From NCBI GenBank assembly GCA_012960975.1, contig DUAE01000028.1:17927-81926 (forward strand): a stretch of DNA of 64,000 nt, in the 5' to 3' direction. The translations under genes and the position numbers were made by a program. The stretch comes from Candidatus Poseidoniales archaeon. Lineage in GTDB: Archaea > Thermoplasmatota > Poseidoniia > Poseidoniales > Thalassarchaeaceae. Below, piece after piece: positions 37,157 to 45,632 of this stretch (its first letter is position 1; each line of letters starts with the position of its first letter). The notes beneath the pieces are model-generated. The model made no database searches. It saw only the letters and a list, made by a program, of their open reading frames with translations, and was not told where the DNA came from.

Positions 37157-38131
37157 ATGGTCCGTGCCTTCGCCCCCGGAAAATGCATCCTGTTCGGTGA
37201 ACATGCAGTCGTCTATGGCCATCCAGCTGTTGCTGTTGCCATCGAAGCAGGAGTTGAGGTTAGATTGGAAGAATCTGAAAGATGGGTTCTTGATGGAATG
37301 AATTTCGAGCCATCACGTCATCCACATATCAAACATATAATAACAAATGTTTTCGAATATGATGGATCCCCATTAAAAATAGATATTAATTCAACATTAT
37401 TTCCAGCAGCAGGCCTCGGATCAAGTGCAGCATTATCCAATGCAATGGGTGCAGCTTTGCAAGAATTGATTGATCCTAGTGGTACTGTTGATGCAATAAA
37501 ATTAGCAAGAATAAGTCATTCTGCAGAAGCGATTGCACAAGAGGGAAGAGCTAGTCCAACAGATACTGCTGCCAGTGCATTGGGAGGTTCGGTAGTCGTA
37601 TCTGGAGAACGACTTAAAGGAATTAATCATAGATTTGATGCTGAATTAATAACCCCTGAGGGCGAGAGAAATTGGTCAATACATTCTGCGGAATTACATC
37701 CAAATCTCGCCGAAGCATGGTTGGTACTGGGATTCACAGGAAAAGGTTCGCCTACTGGAAAAATGGTTGCAGGAGTAGCAGACCTATTGGAAAAAGAACC
37801 AGCTCACAAAGAAGACATGTTGGCGATTGCCAATATTACAAATGCAGGGTTAGCCGCTCTCGCAGCAGGAAATTTACCAGCGGTTGGAATCGCCATGGAT
37901 GCTTGTCATAAACGATTACAGAATATTCAAGTCAGTAGTCCTGCACTTGATTTATTGGTAAACTCAGCTCGGCCACACTCCTTCGGTGCAAAGCTTACTG
38001 GAGCAGGTGGTGGTGGATGTATGGTGGCTCTTACAAATAATCCAAAAAGGGTTGCTGAAGCTATCGAAATTGCTGGCGGAAAACCATTGATTTCTCGCTT
38101 TGGAACTGAAGGCGTTCGATTAATCGATTAA
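37157..38131 (+). CDS. mvk: Mevalonate kinase
   Basis: APGKCILFGEHAVVYG, GHMP motif PAAGLGSSAALS and KLTGAGGGGCMVAL. Confidence 0.9.
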   Translation: MVRAFAPGKCILFGEHAVVYGHPAVAVAIEAGVEVRLEESERWVLDGMNFEPSRHPHIKHIITNVFEYDGSPLKIDINSTLFPAAGLGSSAALSNAMGAALQELIDPSGTVDAIKLARISHSAEAIAQEGRASPTDTAASALGGSVVVSGERLKGINHRFDAELITPEGERNWSIHSAELHPNLAEAWLVLGFTGKGSPTGKMVAGVADLLEKEPAHKEDMLAIANITNAGLAALAAGNLPAVGIAMDACHKRLQNIQVSSPALDLLVNSARPHSFGAKLTGAGGGGCMVALTNNPKRVAEAIEIAGGKPLISRFGTEGVRLID

Positions 38132-38185
38132 TCTAATAAAAAAACGTAAAATCGTGCTGTTTTGTCAATTATTGTTCAACTATTC

Positions 38186-38192
38186 TTTATAA
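38186..38192 (+). promoter_or_regulatory. Putative TATA box of tbp (leaderless-type spacing)
   Basis: TTTATAA within tctTTATAAGGGaaa, centred about 26 nt upstream of ATG 38215. Confidence 0.5.
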
Positions 38193-38214
38193 GGGAAATG
38201 TAAGTCCGAACGCC

Positions 38215-38931
38215 ATGCTTAGTGACGAAGAACGCCTAACAGTAGTGAATGTGGTCGCATCGACCCGAGTTGCAGAAGAACTCGATCTGCCAGATATCGC
38301 AATTCAGTTGAATTGTGAATATGAACCTGAACAATTTCCAGGAGTAGTATATCGAGTTGTAGATCCAAAACTAGCTATCCTAATGTTCCGCTCTGGACGT
38401 GCTGTTTGCACCGGTGGCAAGAACGAACAAAACATCCACACAGGCATCGAGCGCATGACCGCTGACCTAAACAAGGCTGGCATCGAAACATGGGATCCTT
38501 CAAGAATCGAAATTGAAGTTCAAAACATGGTCGCAACCTATTCATTATTCTATCCAGAAGATTATGGTGGAATGGCAAGAATGGATGACAATAACACTCG
38601 AGTCATTGATCTAGAAGGAGGCGGCCTTCGTGCTGCAACCGATGAAGAGGTTAAGGAAGAAGATGACAGAATTCGAGGTATCCGTGAAGGTGAACCACTC
38701 GCAGCACTTCCACGAAAACTTAACCTGAATAATCTAACTTTTCACTTACCTTTCGATAAGGTTGAGTACGAACCAGAACAGTTTCCTGGCTTGATTTATC
38801 GAATAGATTACCCAAAGGTTGTCTGCTTGATTTTCGGTAGTGGAAAAATGGTAATTACTGGTGCTCGCCACAAGGATGAGATTCTTGAAGCAGTGCAGTT
38901 CATTCAAGACGAGTTAGCAGACTTGCTTTGA
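38215..38931 (+). CDS. tbp: TATA-box binding protein with ~56-aa insertion in repeat 2
   Basis: Two TBP repeats are present: VVNVVAST..EYEPEQFPGVVYRV..SGRAVCTGG and VQNMVAT..EYEPEQFPGLIYRI..SGKMVITGA. The protein is 238 aa against roughly 180-190 aa for typical archaeal TBPs. Confidence 0.92.
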   Translation: MLSDEERLTVVNVVASTRVAEELDLPDIAIQLNCEYEPEQFPGVVYRVVDPKLAILMFRSGRAVCTGGKNEQNIHTGIERMTADLNKAGIETWDPSRIEIEVQNMVATYSLFYPEDYGGMARMDDNNTRVIDLEGGGLRAATDEEVKEEDDRIRGIREGEPLAALPRKLNLNNLTFHLPFDKVEYEPEQFPGLIYRIDYPKVVCLIFGSGKMVITGARHKDEILEAVQFIQDELADLL

Positions 38932-38953
38932 ACAAAATTTGAAATAATTCGGA

Positions 38954-38981
38954 TTTGCCAACTGGCAAAATCTAAGTTTTT
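38954..38981 (+). terminator. Possible tbp terminator: hairpin TTTGCC-AACT-GGCAAA followed by T5
   Basis: A perfect 6-bp stem at 38954-38969 and TTTTT at 38977-38981, about 25-50 nt after the tbp stop. Confidence 0.4.
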
Positions 38982-39078
38982 CACGCCAGATAGATGAGAA
39001 TAATAGATGATATTCTCTTTATTACCATGGGAACGAGGCATAGTGAGATTCATTTGATGATAGCCCTACGAGAAGAAT

Positions 39079-42000
39079 ATGAATACTCCCTTTCACAAAA
39101 GTATTCTCCTCGCTTCGATTGTTATATTTTCATCGTTTTCAGGATTATTTTTTGAAATCGGCACTGACGAATTGAGAAATGATTCGCTAAAGTGGAATGG
39201 TGAAGCTAAAACATCATCTTTAGTCGACGTCCCATCATGGAACATCAACGATATTTGGAATTATAATGGCAATCTGGATCTAGTAAATTACGTCGCTAGT
39301 TCAGGAATCAACACGAACCTCCAATCGATGTCAGGAACATTACAAAAAACTGTTACGGACATCTATACGATGACCGTGGACAATAAATCTACATTGGTTT
39401 ACAATATACAATCACACGGAGAATACGATTCCGGCGGAGCCATCAGTCTAGAAGGGACGGATGGATGTTTGTTTGTCACAATGGATACTGAAGAGATAGT
39501 CCGAGCTTCAGATCTCGCTTCCATTGAACAAGAAGCTACGTTTGACCTCGTCTTCGATCCAGTGTTCTTCGGAAGTTGCAGAACTTTTCTTAGACAAAAT
39601 GTTGCTGAACTAATTGTTCTAAACGAGTATTCACCTCCATTAGAAAGCTATGATTTCCCTCTTTATGTTGGTGACAATTGGGATGAAGATTTTACTCAAG
39701 AAACCAGTTATTCCGGTTCGAGTAACTATGTGACAATCCCCAGTGATACAGTGGACAGTAATAGTACAAATTGGGAGGTTATGAGCCAAGGATTTTCGGG
39801 AGTAGGCTACTCAGGTTGCATTCCATCCTATAATATTTCTAGCACTAATAGTGATGGCGAGGACACGGGATACAAATGGTTCTGCCCAGCTATTCGTGGC
39901 GATATCAAAACCGAAACAATTGAAGGAATTGGATTCACTGCAATTCATTCACTGAGTTCATACAACGCGGTCAATAGACCAAAGCAAATTGATGTGGAGG
40001 TAGAGTTTCCCCTATCACCTATAGATCTGGACATCTCTGCATGGGTAAATGTGTCCCAAGGTGGCAATCCTCTATCAAATCAAAACGTTGAATTTCGATA
40101 TGAAATTGGGGGCAATATTCAGACCGTGACTACAGCAGCGAATGGGAGTGCTCATATTATTTTCAATACCGGTCATGCAGCTGATGATTCTATTACTACC
40201 AATGATTTAGGTAGTCATGGAATCGTCGCTTGGATTCCTAGTGAAAATTTGATAGGGGTAGCGACGGTTACCATAGATCCTGACATTCATGAAATCGATT
40301 TAATAGCTTATACTGATGGTGTTACCGTCGAAAGAACTCGTGGCATTCGAACAGTGTCCTTGAATGATGACATTGGTTTCAATGCAATTCCAGGAGATAT
40401 TCTTACATTTAGTATTCCAGTGATAAATCGAGGCTTAATCAAATCACCAACTACGATTCTTGAAGTGACCGGTACAGATGGAGCCACATCGTCAGCAAAT
40501 GTCCCACGTCTCGATAGTCTAGCTGAAACTAGAATAGAAATAGATTGGGTTGTACCTGCAAATCAACTTTCAGGCTATGCATCGATTCTATTCGAAGTCG
40601 ACCCAGGTGAAGTGATTACGAATGATGGAAATCGTTCAAATAACCAAGGGTCATTCACAATTTTCATTGGCAGATTGCCAGAGGCTGTTCTGCTAATTCC
40701 GAATGAAGCTCTAACACTAGATGAGATTGTATTCAATGGATTGTCCTCTTGGGATCCAGATGGTGGAAGCATCTCTTGCTATTTTACAATCGAGAAATTA
40801 AATGGTGACACGATTGGCTCTGAAGAACCAGATTGTATCCATGAGTATTCTTGGGATGATGATGGAATCTTCCTAGTTACGATACTGGTTACCGATGATG
40901 AGAGTGATACAGATTATACCGAATCTTCTGTTACAATTCTGAATCGGCACCCAGAAATAACCATCAGTACAGAATCAGATAATGTTCCAGTACTCTCTCG
41001 AGTTACATTTGAGTTAACCGAACGAATTGATCTAGATACACAACATCCACAAGCTCCCGTCGATATACAATGGAAATCACCTTGCGAAGAAGGTGCTATC
41101 GCTCTGAAGTGTACCGTTACACCTACGGAAGAAGGGACTTACACAGTCGAAGTAGATGCGATGGATGATGATGGAGCGATTACAACTGAAACGTACACTG
41201 TAAACGTGATGAATATTGCACCATTTAATTCCGAAGTTGAAGTCACTTTCCAAGGAAATAGGCTTCAACCGAATAGTTATGGATTGTTTACGGTGAATGA
41301 AGGAGAGGAATTGACTATTCGAGGAATCGCTCATGATTCTGAAAATGACATCGATTCATTACAACATATTTGGACGCCCGATGCAGAAAATATTCCTGAT
41401 TTACAATTTATACAAATCGGGCGAGAGAGCCTAATCACACACATATTTGAAACAGACGGGCAACACCTTGCGACATTGCAGGTGATTGATGATGATGGAG
41501 AGAGTGCGGAAACACTTACCGTTCCATTCAAAGTGAATAATATTGCACCTACAATTCGACCTTTCGCTGAACCTTTACCTGCCGCTGAAGATAATGAGAT
41601 TGAAATTTCAATGATGGTAGATGATACTGCTCATGACCTTCAGATAATGACTGCCTGTTTCGATATAAACCCTGACGAAAATACGGATAGCATTGGAAAC
41701 AAAACCGATGATTGTGATGTTGAATCATTACACCTAAAACAATCCTGGCCTGACTCAAATTCTGCTCCAGACTACATAACCTTTCACGCAACTGATGATG
41801 ATGGAGGAAGAGCGTGGGTCTCAATCCCAATTGATATCAGGAACGTTAAACCTACTGCAAGGGCTACGACCAGCACCTATCAACCAGTTTCTGGAGAGTC
41901 ATTTGTCATCAATGCAAACGGGACTGTCGATTCAGTATTTGATATGCAAAATATGAGGTATCAATGGGATCTTAATATTGCAAAAGATTCAGATGGTGAC

Positions 42001-42546
42001 GGTAACCCAGCAAATGATATCGATGTTGAAGGCAGTATCATAGAACTCGTATTCAATGAAGAGGGTACGATCATAGTTCAATTGACTGTGAATGATGGCG
42101 ATGCGAGCGATTCAATGATCCTAACAATTCAAGTTCAAAAAGCACCATTCAGCGTTGTCGGACTGGTATCTTCACCATTTTTCATCATATTTATCGTGTC
42201 TATAATTGTCGGAGTAGGAGGATTTTTATTCCTTCAAAAGAAGAAAGAAGTATACGATATACCTCTGATGAGCCAACTCAAAAAAATATCGATGGATGAT
42301 GCGTTCGATGATGAAGGGTTTGATCCTTTCAGCGAAGACAAAGAACGGCGGCAAGTCAAATCAAACCGTGTGGTTGAAAAAACAGTTTCTGAACCAATCA
42401 AAGAGGAAAAGAAAACAAAGGTGGATTATCTAACAGAAATTGATGTAGAACAGATTGAATCCGATGGGACGGAACCAAATGTAGCATCGATAAATGAGGT
42501 ATTAAGCGCTGAAGATATCGAAGCACTCTTTGATGAGGAGGAATAG
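39079..42546 (+). CDS. Large surface protein with CARDB and multiple PKD-like domains, C-terminal TM anchor and acidic cytoplasmic tail
   Basis: 1155 aa with a signal-like N-terminus. CARDB-like FSIPVINRGL...VDPGEVITNDGNRSNN. Five or more PKD-like units end in ...DDDG....T..V.V.N..P. The TM helix is FFIIFIVSIIVGVGGFLFL and the tail is rich in E and D. Confidence 0.8.
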   Translation: MNTPFHKSILLASIVIFSSFSGLFFEIGTDELRNDSLKWNGEAKTSSLVDVPSWNINDIWNYNGNLDLVNYVASSGINTNLQSMSGTLQKTVTDIYTMTVDNKSTLVYNIQSHGEYDSGGAISLEGTDGCLFVTMDTEEIVRASDLASIEQEATFDLVFDPVFFGSCRTFLRQNVAELIVLNEYSPPLESYDFPLYVGDNWDEDFTQETSYSGSSNYVTIPSDTVDSNSTNWEVMSQGFSGVGYSGCIPSYNISSTNSDGEDTGYKWFCPAIRGDIKTETIEGIGFTAIHSLSSYNAVNRPKQIDVEVEFPLSPIDLDISAWVNVSQGGNPLSNQNVEFRYEIGGNIQTVTTAANGSAHIIFNTGHAADDSITTNDLGSHGIVAWIPSENLIGVATVTIDPDIHEIDLIAYTDGVTVERTRGIRTVSLNDDIGFNAIPGDILTFSIPVINRGLIKSPTTILEVTGTDGATSSANVPRLDSLAETRIEIDWVVPANQLSGYASILFEVDPGEVITNDGNRSNNQGSFTIFIGRLPEAVLLIPNEALTLDEIVFNGLSSWDPDGGSISCYFTIEKLNGDTIGSEEPDCIHEYSWDDDGIFLVTILVTDDESDTDYTESSVTILNRHPEITISTESDNVPVLSRVTFELTERIDLDTQHPQAPVDIQWKSPCEEGAIALKCTVTPTEEGTYTVEVDAMDDDGAITTETYTVNVMNIAPFNSEVEVTFQGNRLQPNSYGLFTVNEGEELTIRGIAHDSENDIDSLQHIWTPDAENIPDLQFIQIGRESLITHIFETDGQHLATLQVIDDDGESAETLTVPFKVNNIAPTIRPFAEPLPAAEDNEIEISMMVDDTAHDLQIMTACFDINPDENTDSIGNKTDDCDVESLHLKQSWPDSNSAPDYITFHATDDDGGRAWVSIPIDIRNVKPTARATTSTYQPVSGESFVINANGTVDSVFDMQNMRYQWDLNIAKDSDGDGNPANDIDVEGSIIELVFNEEGTIIVQLTVNDGDASDSMILTIQVQKAPFSVVGLVSSPFFIIFIVSIIVGVGGFLFLQKKKEVYDIPLMSQLKKISMDDAFDDEGFDPFSEDKERRQVKSNRVVEKTVSEPIKEEKKTKVDYLTEIDVEQIESDGTEPNVASINEVLSAEDIEALFDEEE

Positions 42547-42554
42547 CCGAGGCT

Positions 42555-43037
42555 ATGGTCAACCTATTCCGACTACTAGGATTACCTGATCCAAATATAC
42601 CTCAACCTAAGCTTCCACGAACGAATACCACAACTGCAGACCCAGGACCACAAGCTGGTGCTGGCTTCCATGATTTTGGTGAAGAAATATGGTCTGAGCG
42701 AACTGAAAAACTAACACGCACGGCTGAAAGAAATGTCATTTACCAAAAGCCTGATGATTTGCACAGACTCCAACTTCACGGAATGGAACATGAGCTTGCG
42801 CAAGGAAATATGTTATTGGTTGACCTTGGAGGTTTAGCTCAATTACCTTCACAGAAAGATGTCTGTAGCCGTCGTGTTCAGGAATTGGGTGAAAGATTCG
42901 ATATTCCTGTATTTTCTTTGAATGATTCAGATTCATTACTAATGGTACCTGGTGCGAGGATGCGAGTCGATACTGAACGACACAAATTAGGAATGGCAAT
43001 CTGGAGTCAATTACCAGAATCTGAATCAACATTCTGA
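42555..43037 (+). CDS. sepF: SepF-like cell division protein
   Basis: 160 aa with an N-terminal amphipathic MVNLFRLLGL. The C-terminal VIYQKPDDLHRLQ..LAQGNMLLVDLGGL...RRVQELGERFDIPVFSLNDSDSLLMVPGARMRV matches the SepF/DUF552 pattern (recalled from memory). Confidence 0.55.
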   Translation: MVNLFRLLGLPDPNIPQPKLPRTNTTTADPGPQAGAGFHDFGEEIWSERTEKLTRTAERNVIYQKPDDLHRLQLHGMEHELAQGNMLLVDLGGLAQLPSQKDVCSRRVQELGERFDIPVFSLNDSDSLLMVPGARMRVDTERHKLGMAIWSQLPESESTF

Positions 43038-43900
43038 ATCCAATTTGAAATCGGAAATCGCCAAGAATTCTGATCTGGCCCTGGACCGAGATTAGCAAAA
43101 TCAATTTGGAATAATTTTGTCGGAAATATTTCATCTGAAAGTTTTTCAGGTAAAACGATGTTTTCAACTCTCATGATTGCCAAGGATCCTTTTGCACCCT
43201 CTGGCAATTCAATCATTTGTACCAATTTACACTCCAATGCGGCAATAGCATTCGAAATCAATGCTGGATAAGGTTGCTTGCTTTCGATTGGCTTAGCATC
43301 GATTAGACCCCATTCTGATTCACTATTAGGTATTGGATTTGCAACTGCATCCAAATTTAGGGCAGACCTATGATCAGCCCTCAAAATCATAACAGAAATT
43401 GGGGCACCTTTCCCATGATTTTGCAAATTCACCATGGTATCTCTAGGCCTTCCATTGTTATCGATTGAAAGAGACATCGAGAGAAGAGGGGGGCTGTTGG
43501 AAATAATGTTCAAAGAAGAAATTGCAGAAAGATTCTCTACCCCATCTTGGCCTATTGTAGAAATGATTACGACGGGTCTTGGCATCAATAATTGTGCCAG
43601 CCATTGCCTTCGGGTGTCGTGATCAATATCTTCTATCTTCAACTCGATTAATTGATCATCTAGTGACGGACCCTGATTATCATCATCAAGAATGACATCA
43701 CCATTTTCTAACCAAGTATCGAGAGAACCAGAGGCAATTTCATCCGCAGAATATGCCGTGAATTCACGATAAGCTCGCCAACGAGTTATTTCATCCTCAC
43801 TATCACTTCGAGAGATTTGTCGCTTGATAGAAGCATCAGAATATTTGATGCATCGTCGTAAAAATCTCTCTACGATTTCACGACGTTGCTTGATTTCCAT
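43007..43900 (-). CDS. Flavin reductase-like (FMN-binding split-barrel) domain protein with N-terminal extension
   Basis: PRPVVIISTIGQDGVENLSAISSLNIISNSPPLLSMSL matches the PF01613 pattern PRPv.lvtT...G..N.ap.S.f..vs.dPP. Confidence 0.6.
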   Translation of the reverse strand: MEIKQRREIVERFLRRCIKYSDASIKRQISRSDSEDEITRWRAYREFTAYSADEIASGSLDTWLENGDVILDDDNQGPSLDDQLIELKIEDIDHDTRRQWLAQLLMPRPVVIISTIGQDGVENLSAISSLNIISNSPPLLSMSLSIDNNGRPRDTMVNLQNHGKGAPISVMILRADHRSALNLDAVANPIPNSESEWGLIDAKPIESKQPYPALISNAIAALECKLVQMIELPEGAKGSLAIMRVENIVLPEKLSDEIFPTKLFQIDFANLGPGPDQNSWRFPISNWIQNVDSDSGN

Positions 43901-43904
43901 ATCA

Positions 43905-44375
43905 TCACTCTAAATCAAATTGGCTCATCAAACGTGCAATATGCCCTTTCGCACGAACATTGTATTTAGCATACAGGAGTGTCCCATCTGTATCGATAAC
44001 AAAGGAGGAGCGTGAGACACCGAGAAATGTCTTGCCATAATTCATCTTTTCTCGCCAAACGCCGTATTGACGGTGCAGAATGACATCTGAATCTACAATT
44101 AACTCAAATGGTAATTCGTATTTATCGATGAATTTTGCATGGGATTTTGCTGAATCCTTTGAAACTCCGAACACACGGAAACCCGCATCTTGAAACGCTG
44201 AAAAATTATCTCTGAAATCACACGCTTGAGTGGTGCAACCAGGTGTACTATCCTTAGGATAAAAATAGAGAATTACCTTTTTCCCATCTGCCAAGATTTC
44301 TGAGAGGCTTATTGTCGTACCATCAGTTAATACAGCCTCAAAATTTGGTGCAACCTCACCTACTTCCAATGTCAC
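43905..44375 (-). CDS. bcp: Thiol peroxidase / peroxiredoxin Bcp
   Basis: FYPKDSTPGCTTQACDFRD (PxxxTxxC). The longest ORF reaches 44528, but GTG at 44375 gives a canonical ~156-aa Bcp (VTLEVGEVAPNF...) and removes the overlap with the divergent small ORF. Confidence 0.85.
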   Translation of the reverse strand: MTLEVGEVAPNFEAVLTDGTTISLSEILADGKKVILYFYPKDSTPGCTTQACDFRDNFSAFQDAGFRVFGVSKDSAKSHAKFIDKYELPFELIVDSDVILHRQYGVWREKMNYGKTFLGVSRSSFVIDTDGTLLYAKYNVRAKGHIARLMSQFDLE

Positions 44376-44466
44376 CCAATCATCACTCACATTACCTCGA
44401 GAGGCTGAAGCATGAAGAATGCTCTCACCACTAGCATTCAAGAAAGATGAGTCGTCGCTTGGAGAT

Positions 44467-44751
44467 ATGAGTAAGTTTGGTACCTTTAGCGGAGCAATTT
44501 TTCTAATCTTAGGAATTTTGGCATTCATTGGATTTTTGGGAACTGGAGCGGTTGTAGATTACATTGATAGCGAACTAGAAGCAAATTGTGATAGTACATC
44601 TGGACAAATTGGCCAAATCACAGGTATTGATGAGGGCCAGTGTCAAGATGGTCGAAACACTAGAGAGATGGTAATAAGCCTACAAACTCCACTATTGATT
44701 TTCGGTGGATTGATGTCTATGAGTGGCGGTTTAATCATATTCAAGAGTTAA
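44467..44751 (+). CDS. Small 2-TM membrane protein (hypothetical)
   Basis: MSKFGTFSGAIFLILGILAFIGFLG...LLIFGGLMSMSGGLIIF. The ORF track starts it at 44419; I prefer the internal ATG at 44467. Confidence 0.35.
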   Translation: MSKFGTFSGAIFLILGILAFIGFLGTGAVVDYIDSELEANCDSTSGQIGQITGIDEGQCQDGRNTREMVISLQTPLLIFGGLMSMSGGLIIFKS

Positions 44752-45392
44752 TTTCTTTCTTCTCGGATTCTTTTCTTACTAGCTGCCCAGCCACAGATAG
44801 GGCATTGTTCGAGATTATGATTGCGTGCTGGGCAATATTCACGTCCAAAATAAATAATTTGCAAATGTCTCCTATTCCATGTTTCCATTGAGAACACCTT
44901 TTTCAAATCTATTTCTGTTTTGGTTACATTCTTTCCGTTGGACAGACCCCAACGAGCTGCTAATCTATGGATATGTGTATCAACTGCGAATGCGGGTACG
45001 CCATATGCCTGTGACATTACAACGCTAGCTGTTTTATGTCCAACACCCGCGAGCGATTCAAGAAAATTCCAATCTGGCCGAACACCACCTCCATCGTCTA
45101 TAATTTGTTCAGCCATTTTTCGCAAATTCTTAGCTTTCGTCGGCGCAAGACCGATCTGGCGAATAATTTTGCGAATCTCTTCAACTTCAAGTTCTGCCAT
45201 TTTCTCCGGTGTATCAGCTCTCGCAAACAACACCGGCGTAACCTCATTGACCTTTTTGTCCGTAGTCTGAGCCGAGAGCATTACTGCAACAAGCAAGGTG
45301 TAAGGGTCGGTGTGTTCTAGTGGAATTGGCAGAGTTGGATAGAGTTCATCGAGTTGCTCACCAATTTTGTCGGCCTTTTCAGCACGACGCAT
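44748..45392 (-). CDS. nth: Endonuclease III (DNA glycosylase/AP lyase)
   Basis: HhH-GPD region LAGVGHKTASVVM and catalytic VDTH. The C-terminal 4Cys cluster is C.ARNHNLEQCPICGW. Confidence 0.92.
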   Translation of the reverse strand: MRRAEKADKIGEQLDELYPTLPIPLEHTDPYTLLVAVMLSAQTTDKKVNEVTPVLFARADTPEKMAELEVEEIRKIIRQIGLAPTKAKNLRKMAEQIIDDGGGVRPDWNFLESLAGVGHKTASVVMSQAYGVPAFAVDTHIHRLAARWGLSNGKNVTKTEIDLKKVFSMETWNRRHLQIIYFGREYCPARNHNLEQCPICGWAASKKRIREERN

Positions 45393-45622
45393 TATTCAAC
45401 ACCCACATCATCCTTCAAGCCGATTATGAATGCGATTGTTATTGTCGCAAAAGGTATACCATAACATGGGCCATACATCCATGTTTCCCAATCTGTAGAT
45501 TCGGCTTGGCCGCCGAAGAGTAAGTATGAAACCAATCCGAAAATAAGCGCTGGGAAAACCGCAACCACACCAAAAATAACCGCGCGTAAAATTCCCATGA
45601 CTCTTCCTCTCGCATTTCCCAA
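45392..45622 (-). CDS. Small 2-TM membrane protein (hypothetical)
   Basis: 76-aa ORF between polX and nth on the same strand. Its stop overlaps the nth start by 1 nt. It has two hydrophobic spans. Confidence 0.4.
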   Translation of the reverse strand: MGNARGRVMGILRAVIFGVVAVFPALIFGLVSYLLFGGQAESTDWETWMYGPCYGIPFATITIAFIIGLKDDVGVE

Positions 45623-45632
45623 TTGAATTTTA

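Noticed and set aside
43905-44528. An apparent 50-aa N-terminal extension of Bcp that overlaps a divergent small ORF. I considered it as a targeting peptide or an overlapping-gene arrangement.
   Set aside because: An in-frame GTG at 44375 yields a canonical-length Bcp (VTLEVGEVAPNF…) and removes the overlap. The extension is most likely an ORF-calling artefact.
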